Source: Malacoraja senta
Lineage: Eukaryota
Assembly: GCA_038087875.1 (NCBI GenBank)
Contig: CM075978.1
Coordinates: 127,224,001-127,288,000 of the forward strand
Reading direction: 5' to 3'
Length of the DNA stretch: 64,000 bases
Shown: positions 1-11,536 of the stretch, in pieces
Position numbering within the stretch: the stretch's first letter is position 1
Layout: the number at the start of each line of letters is the position of its first letter
The notes under the pieces: model-generated
Database searches by the model: none
Told to the model about the DNA's origin: nothing
The model's input: only the letters and a program-made list of their open reading frames with translations
Position numbers and translations under genes: made by a program

Positions 1-352
1 GGAGAAGGAGGGAGAGGTGACAGAGAGACCGATATAGACAGACAGAGAGACAGATATCGTTGAGCATCAGCATCAGCAGAATCACGTGGGAAGGATTTAT
101 TAGCACCAGGGAACGCCAACGGCAATGGCAACTTGAAAGTCAAGTCCATTCATACAAGCACCCACTGCCCCCCCCCCCCCACACACGTGGCAAGGATTGA
201 TTGGTCCATATATTCCAGAATTTTCGTTGTGAGGGGTGATGGGGTTGATTGGCCCCAGGGGGCGCCTGTCTCCAGGGCGAGCGCTGACGCAACACCCCCC
301 CCGCCCCCTCCCGCGTTGGGGGACGGGGCCCAACGGGTCCCACTTGGTCTAG
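1..352 (+). mobile_element. Right end of a probable DNA transposon (Helitron-like terminus), truncated by the window edge
   Basis: GC/CpG-rich block ending in hairpin GGGGCCC-AAC-GGGTCCC (325-341) and then CTAG (349-352), after which the sequence abruptly turns AT-rich. The base after CTAG is A, not the canonical T. Confidence 0.4.
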
Positions 353-524
353 ATAGTTATAAAATTATAAAATCTAACCAAGCCACAGATTTTTAGTATT
401 TAGGAATGGTGAAAAATTACATGTTTACATGATTGTGAATCCAAGAAGCGAACTGGATAAATAATGTCAAATTCATGTTCTATTCTGATCTTGAAAATTA
501 AAAAGGCTGAATTATCAGTCAGTC

Positions 525-844
525 TTTAGAGTTTAGAGTTTAGAGATACTGCTTGGAAAAAGGCCCTTTGGCCCACCAAGTCCGCGCCGACCTTTAGCCC
601 CGTACACTAGTTCTATCCTACACACTACGGACTATCCTAGGAACAATTTATCATTTTACCAAAACCAATTAACATACAAACTAGTACGTATTTTGAGTGG
701 CAGAGGAAAGAGGAGTACCTGGAAAAACCCCACAGTCACAGGGAGAACGTACAAATTCCGTACAGACAGCACCAGTAGTCAGGATCGAACCCGTAACTCT
801 GGCGCCGTAAGGCAGCATCTCTACTGCTGCGCCACAGTGCCGCC
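525..844 (-). mobile_element. tRNA-derived V-SINE (HE1-like)
   Basis: On the - strand: tRNA-like head GGCGGCACTGTGGCGCAGCAG with B-box GGTTCGATCC, V-domain-like core, LINE-derived 3' end and (CTAAACT)n tail. Confidence 0.85.
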
Positions 845-1386
845 TTAAATTCTAACAATCTTACCTTTATAAAATAATTACTCTGTCAAGCCACAACAGG
901 GAGAACAGAACATAGTGCTTGCTTCATTAAGAATTTCATAAAAAATTTAAGAAAATATGGAGAAAATCATAACCCCCCTTGAGAGCGTAATGCAATTTAA
1001 TTTCATGCTAATAATTGGCCTCAAGTTCTCTTCCTGTAAATTTTGCATATACTTCTCCTTGCCAACTTTCACTGAGATATTCATAGGTAATCCATAATTG
1101 ACACAATTTCAAAATCAGCATTTAAAATTCTTCCTCAATCATCCGTTTTCATGATGAATCCACTGTAATTATCTCTCAGTGATAAAATTTATATTTTCAT
1201 TTTCACCATAGGATTATTGTCGAAGCATTGCTATTAAATCTGCATCCCAGGAAGTCTCATGGATAGGAAAGGTTTAGAGGGATATGGGCTAAACTTGAGC
1301 AGGTGAGACTAGAGGAGATGGGACATCTTGGTCAGCATGGGCAAGTTGGGCTGAAGGACCTGTTTCCCTGCTGTATGACTCTATGT

Positions 1387-1645
1387 CTTTAGACATTAGA
1401 AGTACAGCGCGGATTCATGCCCTTCGGTCCACTGAGACTGCGCTAACCAGCCATCACCCTGTACACTAGGACAATGTACAATTTTACTGAAGCCAATAAA
1501 CCTACAAACCTATATGTCTTTGGAGTGTGGGAGGAAACCGGAGGACTCGGAGAAAACCCACACAGTCACAGGAAGAACGTACAAACTGCATACAGACAGT
1601 ATCCTTAGTCAGGAATGGACCCGGGACTCTGGCGCCTCTGTGTCA
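1387..1645 (-). mobile_element. V-SINE (HE1-like), 5' degenerate
   Basis: Core CCGGTTTCCTCCCACACTCCAAAGAC on the - strand; same family as 525-844. Confidence 0.8.
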
Positions 1646-1740
1646 CCCATTAGCAACTGGAAAACAGTCTGAAGAAGGGTCCCTGACCTGTAACGTCGCC
1701 TCTCCATGTTCTCCAGAGTTTCTACCTGACCCGCTGAGTT

Positions 1741-2190
1741 ATAGAGTCATCCAGAGTGGAAACAGGCACTTCAGCCCAACTTGCCCACACCAACCACCAT
1801 GACCCATCTACACTAGTCCCACCTGCCTGCGTTTGGCCCATATCCCTCTAAACCTGTTTATTTAACGTTGTCTCAACTACCACCTCTGGCAGCTCGTTCC
1901 ATTCACTCACTGCCCCTTGTATGAAAACGTTTCCTATTAAATCTTGCCCCCCTCACCTTAAACCTGTCCTTTGGTTCTCGAGTCTTCTACTCTGGGCAAG
2001 AAACTCTGTGTATCTACCCAATGTATTCTCTCATGATTTTATACATCTCTATAAGATCACCCCTCATCTGCCTGCACTCCAAGGAATAGCGTTCCAGCCT
2101 ATTCTGCCGCTCCCTATAGCTCAGACTGTCGAGTAATGGCAACATCCTCGTAAATCTTCTCAGCATCCGTCCCAGCTTGACCACATCTCT
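1741..2190 (-). mobile_element. CR1/HER1-type LINE 3' fragment
   Basis: ORF 2014-2271 contains RRFTRMLP...LSYRERQNRLERYSLECRQMRGDLIEMYKIM (CR1 ORF2 C-terminus), followed by the family 3' UTR. Confidence 0.85.
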
Positions 2191-2590
2191 TATAAACTTT
2201 CTATAAACTCCAGCACTTTGCGTCGTTTTTGGTAAACCGGCATCTGCAGTTCCTTGTGTCTGCAGTCTCATGAATAATTTCTGATCTTTCCCATGTTATA
2301 AAATCTAAAGTAAGCTAACATTTGTGCCATTGATATTCCCAGAGCCTAAAGGAGCAAAGAAATGAAAGGCAGGATCCCTGCATTGAATTATCATCAAGCG
2401 ATCCCTATAGAGTGCATTTACCAGATGCCAGGCAAGGCAGGATGACTGAAGTCTCTGAAGCTTCTGCAAACTCTATGACCGATTAACTTACTCCATGAAG
2501 AATGAGGGGTATACCAGATGGCTGCTGGAAACCTCCTCTAAAATAAATTAATTCCTTCGAGAAAAGAGATAAAGAACTGAGGAAAAATAA

Positions 2591-2728
<138 letters not shown>

Positions 2729-3082
2729 TAATTGAGGAGAATTATCATTATTTTACGTTAAGTGCTCTTGAGATCGATAATGGATTGGCAAAACAAAGCT
2801 CACATGAAGCACAATGGTTGACCACTCTTCTAAATATATTTGTATGCTTATTTTATTGTGAAAATAAAGGCTATTTATAAAGGTCCAATCTGCTTTTGCT
2901 TATTGTACCAGCAAGGAAAGTTTTGCACATCTGTGTATCGGTAATATTAGCTTATTAACAATTGTGCTGCTTTTTAAACAAAACGAAGTAAAGCTATGTG
3001 ATAAAGTTCCAGCTATCGTCCTGATTTTTGAAAAGCAGTCGCATTGAAACGTTGGTGACATGCAGCTTTTTTCATGTGATAT

Positions 3083-3845
3083 TGTAAATTGCTCGTTCTA
3101 AGCTTCCCCCCAGTCTAGTTTCAGTCAAAAATCACTGAATCAAGCACTTGCGCATCAAAACTTTATTTTGACAAAACACAATTACAGTTCCCACTACTGT
3201 ACCTAACCACCGCGGGTTCGATCCTCGTATCTGCCTGATCAAGCCCTCTTGGCATCGCTCAAACAGAGACACTCCAGAAGGTCACGTAATCCTAAACGCA
3301 CTCCCAGAAGATCGACATAGGACCTCGTGGCAGCGGACTTTTATAAGTCCCCGGACCTTGAGGGGCCGAACCACATGGGGGTGGCCTCTTTACAATCCAA
3401 TTACAGATATCGATTAACCCCATACATGACAGACATTTCCCTAACCCAATAATACAGTGGCTAATACATTGTATTCAAACAGTGTTTCTCAGAGGAAACG
3501 AACATCGCAACATTTGCCCTGATATGCAAGAAAACCTGACAAGGCTCAATACTTAATCCAATCAACATTCAGCAAAGTAAAGCTTTACAACATTATTTAC
3601 AATGTGTATGTCTGGTTTGCATTCATCCAATCCATTCTATGCATTTTGCATCTAATTGTCAGGGTCTGCAGATGTTCCCATTCTCTTCCTGCAGCCCTGA
3701 TCTAGGCTCTAGACAAACTGGCACCACTCTGCAGCTTGTCCCATTTCTACAGAAAACACTTTTAAATTGACCAAATGGCCTAGAGGCCCAGAAGCCTTTA
3801 CTCAATTTTAGGGTTCTAGCCTCTCCAATTTGACCAGGATTAACA
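3083..3845 (-). repeat. 3' LTR of the ERV (763 bp)
   Basis: TGTAAA...TTAACA on +; about 95% identical by manual count to the other LTR; - strand TATAAAA at 3339-3345 and AATAAA at 3162-3167. Confidence 0.92.
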
Positions 3846-3857
3846 TTCAGTCCTTTT
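3846..3857 (-). other. Polypurine tract (imperfect) of the ERV
   Basis: AAAAGGACTGAA on the - strand, directly abutting the 3' LTR. Confidence 0.6.
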
Positions 3858-5955
3858 ATCATATATGATAACCCATCATTTATGGTAACCAAATAGTCAA
3901 ATAATCAGCTAACCAGATATACATATGTGTGTTCATTACATTCTCCATCTATCAACAACAGAAGATGATGATGTTTCTTCCCAGAATCTTGTCAAGCTTC
4001 CCGAGTTTTCGTGGGCGTAGCTTCACAATTTCCGTCTGATGAGTCTTCACCTCCCGAGTTTTCGTGGGCACAAATTCCCTCCATCCGCGTTGTTGCCCAT
4101 TCTTCCATCCCTTTCCATAGTCGACCCTATAACGTATAATTCTAAAAAACTTGGGACAAAACTTGAAGTTACCATTCATGCACCAATGCTTCCCCATACA
4201 TTCACTGTAATTCTGCAATACTATCTCTTTTCCATTTCACTATTACTATCCTATTATATTCTGTTCTATAATATACTCTTTTCTATCCTAGGATCAACAC
4301 TAATCAACTCTCTCGATATTCACACAATGTTATAATATGTATATCTGATGATGGTTTCTCATATAAATTTCAGCTGGGTTCAGTCCAGATTTCCCTACAG
4401 GCGTGACTCTTTTTTAAAGCAAACCATGATGAATGTTCCAATTTAACCAAATTCAGTCTCAGCCTTCAATTTACTATTTCAAATTTCAGTGTCCATCTCA
4501 TCCTTCTCATTCTGCAGCATTGTGGCCGATAACACAATTTCATTCCAATTCCTGTGGAATTCCCAGCTGTTCAAATGTAATCAATCAATTTCTATATGCT
4601 GTCAATTTCATCATAAAGCCAATTAAGAATGCCAATTCCAGGGACAATTTCTTTCCACCTTGATAATAGAAGCCGCTTTACCATCAAGGGTTAAACAATT
4701 TAGATCCATCAGTCAAATACATCGTCTCTGATATCTCCACGCCCATTCAAGTTTCTCCTTCTAATTCGATAGACTTCTCCTCCAGTACTCTCTTCCTTAG
4801 TATGTTGGCTCCGCTCTCAGTCTAGGGGTTCTCGCTTATACTAGTTCTTAACTACTGAGTAATTTCCTAGTCCGGTCTCTTAAAGGGAAGTCCAGCTGCT
4901 CACAGTTCCTCTTTTGACCATTTCCAATTCCAACTCTCATGTTCCCTGAATAATTTCCATACTACTACCAGATCTTCCCAAGTTCCATCCTTCCCGATGT
5001 TCTCTGAACAATCCTTCCCATCTCTGGCTGCCTGTCTGGGGATGAGACAATAACAATATCAATTAATAATCAAACTCCAAATATTCCTAAGCCAAATCTC
5101 CCCAGTCAGTTCCAAATCTCAAATTTAAAGTCCCTCCAATTCACTACCATACAATTTAGAGACCGAATTCCAAATTTTATAAATTTATTTCTAATAATCA
5201 TAATTTAGACGCAAAGTAGGTGTTTTACCCCAACCCACAGAGGAATGTCTTTTTATTCAAATTCAGTTCTTCAAAGTGGGGCTTACTCCAATAGTCATCA
5301 TAGGATGTCGGTGTTGCTTCTTTAGGGAAGATTAGATAGTGTCCTTTATTTTCCTTCCTTTACTGGCTTCAAAATCCAGATGATATTAAAGTTGGGCACT
5401 AGGGTAGGTTTTCTACTTCTTCTTTCCTGATGTCACTTTCAAGGGAGTAAGGATACTGAGTAGCAGCTTTCTCTATCAGTTGGCCTTCCCAGATTTGTCT
5501 TAAAGGGACAGGACAGTATCATTTCCTCCTGCTTGTTGATTCCTGTTTCTGGGGAGCTACATTACCTGTGCTGTCTTCTGCCCGTTCTCAAGGGGTCTGT
5601 GTATTCTTTACCTCACTCCCCAGATAGTATGTTGTCGATTATACTGTCCTGCAGGCACAAACTCAGGAACACGTTAGTATAATAGCTTCTTTCCCCACTC
5701 CCATACCTCCTGCACAATAAGTTTGTTTTTTCTCTCCCTAGTGCCATTTCTTCTCCTTAGTTCCAATTTTTTCTCACGCCAGCTACTATGTTTCTTACTT
5801 CCTCCTTTCAGTGAGGGATTCTCGAGAATTAGATTCTTTGTGCCTCCTCCTAGAATTTGGAAGGGGTAATGTTCTCTCTGGTTTTTATTGCTGTTTTTGG
5901 GCCATGTGAGGACGCCTTCAGATTTAATAGATAGTATTTAACTGGCAGGTTAGGG

Positions 5956-7771
5956 CTAATGAAATGGGTTTGATTGCCAAAATGTCCCTGCCCCCTGATC
6001 TCCTTGCCAATGTCCTCGTCCTCTACCTTCAGGGTCCCAAGTATACCAGTAACCTCTCGGAATCCACTGGTTTCTGAAACCCCGTGGCCCTCTTCTTTGC
6101 CCCCTTTCTTCTCAGTAGTACTCCCTCACAGGACACAACCGACTCCAATGTCCCAATTCCCCACAGTTGTAGCACTGATCTGGTCGGACCGCTCTATAAT
6201 CTCTCCAACCAATCCGAGGAAAAGTCGGCTCTCGTAATGGTAGATCTATCCAAGCTTTGAGATCTTCCTCCTGCTTGTCTTCCTCCGTCTTTATTTCCCT
6301 TTTTGAATTTTTAATATAGGTCTCTGTATAGGTCTCTGAGCTGCCTTTGGATCAGGCTGCATTAAAGTCTGAACATCTGTGGCCAGGGGGACATTTATAC
6401 CTATTGCGGGACTTAATACCAAAGGTGGAGTAGGCAGCGTTCTACAAACGAACTGCCTACGGGGAATCCGTTCTATACCGCCATCGTCAGGGAATTGCTC
6501 TGACATAATAAATCCCTCCGTATCCTCCTGCTGTCTCACCCTCAGAAAAGCTATTCGTTCTGTCTCTGTACTTCAGGAAGGATTCCTTCACTTTCCCACT
6601 ACTGGATTTTCTAATTAAAAGCCCTGTCCCACGGTACGAGTTCATTCCAAGAGCTCTCCCGAGTTTAAAAAAAATCAAACTCGTGGTAAGAACGGAGAAT
6701 GAACGTAGCGGGTACGTCGGAGCTCGGGGACATCTCTTACCGCTCGTACCGCTAACGGCAGGTACTCGGGAAGACTCGCTAGCGGCGGGTAAGCACGGGA
6801 AGACTCGTGAAGATTTTTCAACATGTTGAAAAATGTCCACGAGAGCCCCGAGTACCGACGAGTGACCATTACCGTAAATCTCCTAGTTCGAATCAGGGCA
6901 AACTCGGGAGAGCTCTTGAAATGAACTCGTACCGTGGGACAGGGCTTTAATTTTGGTACCCATTTCGACGGAACCTTCCTTCTAGCTCATTGATCTCCCA
7001 TACTATCCTCCACTGGTAGAACAATCATAGGAGCTAAAGGATCCTTCCCCGATTTTTCCACTTCAGATTTGAATTTAGTGGGAGGAGCTGATGATAACGC
7101 TGACTCCTCCCGTGTGCCCTGCTCGCAAGCTGTGCATGGTGTCTCCAAACTGGGAACATGAGAATGCTGTGAGGAATGCTGTGGCTCCATTCCGAAAAAT
7201 TCTACCCAGGCATATTTTGAGCATGTCTCCCTTCAAGGTCTCCAGATACTGCTGCATTCTTACCAAATATAATAAGTTTCATTTTAGTCGGCACCTCCCC
7301 TTTAAGAGCCATCTCAGTAGTTTCCCTTTTAGAAGATGGTGTTCTCTCCTGCTCCTGCTCCTGCTCCTGCTGTTGGCTTCCACTATCTTCCTTTCCCTGT
7401 TCTGGAATGTCTCGAGAACGACCAGTTCTCTCGTGTTCCCCTCTAATTCCTAATTTATATGCCACCATTCTTAGAGTAGACAGCAAAACGATCTCTTTAT
7501 TTATTTTCCTTCTAGTGAAGAACATTCTCCATATTCCAATTAGCTCATTCCCTTCTTCACTGTTCCCATATCATTTAACAATTGTTTCTACGTAGTTTAT
7601 TGCTATTACAGATTTTAGTCCACCCAGCGGCAAAAGTTCGCTTCTCAAAACTCCGTTTAATTCTCCTGATAATCCTCTTAATCTGTCTGCTTCATGTGGA
7701 AGCTTCTTGCAAATTATCCTTATCGGACTTCCTGGTCTATTTGATCGGTCCATCTCTGAGACATTCCCCAT
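5956..7771 (-). pseudogene. gag: Decayed retroviral gag
   Basis: MGNVSE start (ATG 7771, N-terminal Gly); MHR-like ESFLKYRDR (6559-6585); zinc knuckle CYNCGELGHWSRLC (6133-6174); terminal TAG 5956-5958. Internal stops (7571, 7202, 6112), frameshifts and a MITE insertion. Confidence 0.8.
6619..6946. mobile_element. MITE with ~50 bp TIRs and TTAA target duplication, inserted in gag
   Basis: TIR AGCCCTGTCCCACGGTACGAGTTCATT(C/T)CAAGAGCTCTCCCGAGTTT; TTAA at 6615-6618 and 6947-6950. Superfamily uncertain (Kolobok-like TSD, Harbinger-like termini). Confidence 0.88.
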
Positions 7772-9630
7772 TTTTTGCGCATTAGTTACAAAACAAAATA
7801 AAATTCCAGACACTAACACCTATTCAAACTCACTCCTTCCTTTCAGATTCTAAGGTCAATAGAGTCTCTCCCACACAATGGCTAATCGTCTCTCAGATTC
7901 ACACCTACTCGCGCTATGGTTCCCTTCCAACCGTTACTCAATCACTCACTCAATCGCTCCTATTCAATTATTCAAACCACTCACATATTCAATCGCCCTC
8001 CCAACTTTCTTATCAATTAGATCACAATCACTTAATTCAACTCTAAACTTTCAAACAATGGATCTCCGGTTTCTCAACCCAAGACTCCAACTCTCAATCT
8101 TCCAAGCAGTAATCTCTCCCACTCAATCCACTTTAAGTTTGCACAGACAAACAAATCCGAACCATGCTAATAAAACTATAATCAGAAAAGCAAATATTCC
8201 TCCGATTACAATTAACCCAAAACAAATCCCAATATAAACTACAAGCATCCAATAAATCACACTCTAATAAATCCTCCTCGTGGCACAATCGGTCAGCGGA
8301 ATGACTCCTCCCCTGACACAGCAATCGAAAGATTACAAACCCTGATCGAACCACCATGACTCAGATTCTCACAATACTACAATGTAAACAATTACAAATA
8401 TTTAATTCAAACACACCTTTACTTCAATTATCTAAATCCTTAAACACTCACACATGCAGCATACAACTATGGCGGTCCGTGAACTTAACACACTCTAAAT
8501 CTTAACTTTCTAAATCTTAATACACTCTAAATTTATTTACATACACAGAATATTTACACAATTCGGATCCGATAACAATACAAAAAGCTAGATTTTTACA
8601 ATTTACAAAAATGATTTAAAGTGCTAGCGCGCAGTTTACAAACACTTGATCTGAACGCCGCGTCACGCTGCTATCAATCGGTGAACCTCTCCCTCCGATA
8701 CCGAAGATTTTCCCCTTCCTAGGTTACGCTTTGCTGAGGGGTTCTACTCCTTAAATGACTACTTTTCCTCCCAAATGTTACTATCCTCACGCTAAGACTG
8801 GACTGCTATAGGGGGACCTCTATCCCTCCTCTCTAAGTTCTACAGAATTAGGGGTACCCTTCGCATTCGGATTACTTTTCACCAAGTAAACCAGGTTCCC
8901 GTCTCTCAGGTACTCTTCGCTATCAGGTACTAATCAACAATCGACCAGAGGGTTACTATTCACTGTTGATCAGCCGCTATTCGGAATCGATCACAAACAT
9001 GCACAAACTCCGAAGTTCTATCTGCAAGAATTTGAATTCTACCGTACGGGCAGAACTTCAATGTGAAATTCTGTATTTGGAAATTTGATTCTGCAAATCT
9101 AGGCTTACTCTCGAACTCCTAGTTTTGGTGCGTACCACTCCACATACGCGGGCTCGATAATACAAACTAAATTGCCCAATGAAATCTCGAATGGACTAGA
9201 ATATTCTCAGCCAATCTATACTCTATCCACCGAGCCCAGTACCTTTACGAGATTCCTCGTCCGTCACTCCAGGGAGGGACTCAGATATCTTCACGCAGAC
9301 ACCCCTCTCTGCTGGGCACTGAGGGTTCAGCGCCAAGCCTCTTCACGCTGGCAGTCGTCGATGCCGATTTCGGAACGCACCTTTCCAATCAGCACTCCCA
9401 GCAAAGATAGATCAATACGTAGGCCAGACCTGTGTTTCAATACCCCGCCAATTGGATACCAAATCTGAACCTTGGGCCACCCCTCACCCAATGAAGCGCG
9501 TCAGGCTCTCGTTAAAGCAGCTGCAGTCTGCCAACTATGACCAAGTTTTGGGTCACTCCACGCCCTGTTTTATGGGCCCCTAACCCAAAGGAGTGCTAAC
9601 CACCACCCCACCCCCCCACCCCCCCCATGC

Positions 9631-9770
9631 AGAGTCAGGGGATATGGGGAGAAGGCAGGAACGGGGTACTGATTGGGGATGATCAGCCATGATCACATTG
9701 AATGTCGGTGCTGGCTGAAGTGCCAAATGGCCTACTCCTGCACCTATTGTCTATTGTCTATTGTCTATTG
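9631..9770 (+). mobile_element. CR1 3'-end fragment inserted in the ERV leader
   Basis: GGGGATATGGGGAGAAGGCAGG...CCTACTCCTGCACCTATTGT with a (CTATTGT)n tail, matching the CR1 end at 50550-50669. Confidence 0.85.
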
Positions 9771-9933
9771 CTTGCTAGACTCTGTTCCAATGATCTCGAT
9801 TGGACCCTTTCCCAAGCCCGCGAATGATTGATCCGCTCCGAGTAACGGAGTGCCGAAAACCAATGAAAAAACTGCACAGTGGGCCCGATTTCAACACCCT
9901 TGATTGCAAACTTGTGTTTGGGGGTCCATTGAG

Positions 9934-9951
9934 ATCCTGGACGAGCCCCCA
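9934..9951 (-). other. Primer-binding site, tRNA-Pro
   Basis: TGGGGGCTCGTCCAGGAT, one base after the LTR CA; one mismatch to the MLV-type tRNA-Pro PBS TGGGGGCTCGTCCGGGAT. Confidence 0.92.
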
Positions 9952-9952
9952 A

Positions 9953-11536
9953 TGTAAATAGCTCTTTCTTAGCTTCCCCCCAGTCTAGTTTCAGTCAAAA
10001 ATCACTGAGTCAAGCACTTGCGCATCTATACTTTATTTTGACAAAACACAATTACAGTTCCCACTACTGTACCTAACCACCGCGGGTTTGATCCTCATAT
10101 CCTCTTGGCCTCTCTCAAACAGAAACACTCCAGAAGGTCACGCATTCCTAAGCGCTCTCCCAGAAGATCGACACAGGACTTCGTGGCAGCGGACTTTTAT
10201 TGGTCCCCGGACCTCGAGGGGCCGAACCACATGGGGGTGTTCTCTTTACAATCCAATTACAGATATCGATAACCCCATACATGATAGACATTTCCCTAAC
10301 CCAATAATACAGTGGCTAATACATTGTATTCAAACAGTGTTTCTCAGAGGAAACAAACATCGCAACATTTGCCCTGATATGCAAGAAAACCAGACAAGGC
10401 TTAATCCAATCAACATTCAGCAAAGTAAAGCTTTGCAACATTATTTACAATGTGTATGCCTGGTTTGCATTCATCCAATCCATTCTATGCATTTTGCACC
10501 TAATTGTCAGGGTCTGCAGATGTTCCCATTCTATTCCTGCAGCTCTGATCTAGGCTCCAGACAAACTGGCACCACTGCAGCTTGTCCCATTTCTACAGAA
10601 AGATTAGATTAGATTAGAGTTTTACTTTATTAATCCCCTTATTCAGGGGAAATTCAGATGTCCTTGCAGCACACAAATAAAAATACAACATAGCATTAAA
10701 GAAGAAGTTTAACATTAAAACATAAAAACACCCCCCCACAGTGGGAAGGCACAAAGTCCAGTCCCCATCCCCATGTCCACCCATAGTCGGGCCTATTGAG
10801 CAGTCGCCGTTACGGAGGCCCGATGGTCCAGGCCGTTTTTGCCGGGTGATGGTGCCCCGGCGTCGGGAGAACCCCCTCAGCAGCTTGGGGTGCCAGGAAC
10901 GGCCGCCTCCTTACAGGCCTTACGACCGCGGCTTGCAAGCCAACATGCCGCGCTGGACGGAGCTCCACACACTGGTGATCTCGGCGAGTGATCCCAGGCT
11001 CCCGATGTAAAGTTCAGCGCCGCCGCCCGCAGCTGGCCGCTCCACAGACCCGCGGCTCCGCAATGTTTTTTTATCGGCGGTCCCAGCATACCGGGGTTCC
11101 AGCGCGGTGACTCAGGCAAGGCACCGCCCACTCCGCGAAAGCGCTCCATCGCTCTGCCGCCGCCGAAGCCGAGGTTCTGGCCAGGTATCCTCAGGAAACA
11201 CCGCTCCAGGCTGCGCTGGTAGGCCACGAGGACGGGTCAAAGGTGCTGCTCGGAGGAAAGCAGCCTCTCCGACCAGGTAGGGACTTGAAAAGCAGTTTCC
11301 CCCTTCCCCCCACCACCCCCCACACATAAAAAAAAGATTAGGCCCCCTGACTGCACACTCAACGTACTAAAAATAATAAAAAAGAAGGGGGAAAAAACGG
11401 ACAGCTGCAGGACAGGCAGCCATTCAGGACAGTGCCTCCTCCACAAGCACTTTTAATTTGACCAAATGGCCTAGCAGCCTAGAAGCCTTTACTCAAATTT
11501 AGAGTCCTAGCCTCTCCAATTTGACCAGGATTAACA
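9953..11536 (-). repeat. 5' LTR of the ERV, interrupted by an 842-bp insertion
   Basis: 9953-10602 plus 11448-11536 align colinearly with 3083-3845. Confidence 0.92.
10603..11444 (-). mobile_element. GC-rich non-autonomous retroposon (copy A) with Rex1-like 3' tail
   Basis: Absent from the sister LTR; flanked by AAG/AAG; - strand end GAATTTCCCCTGAATAAGGGGATTAATAAAG followed by (AATCT)n. Confidence 0.75.

Larger units (their letters stand above)
3083..11536 (-). mobile_element. Endogenous retrovirus (class I, gamma/epsilon-like), defective and antisense in an ALK intron
   Basis: Two direct LTRs with TG...CA ends, 4-bp TSD ATAT (3079-3082 and 11537-11540), tRNA-Pro PBS, PPT-like tract, and a gag remnant with one CCHC knuckle. 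Confidence 0.92.

Noticed and set aside
10088-10612. 174-aa ORF
   Set aside because: It lies in the LTR on the non-coding strand, and the sister LTR has indels that break it.
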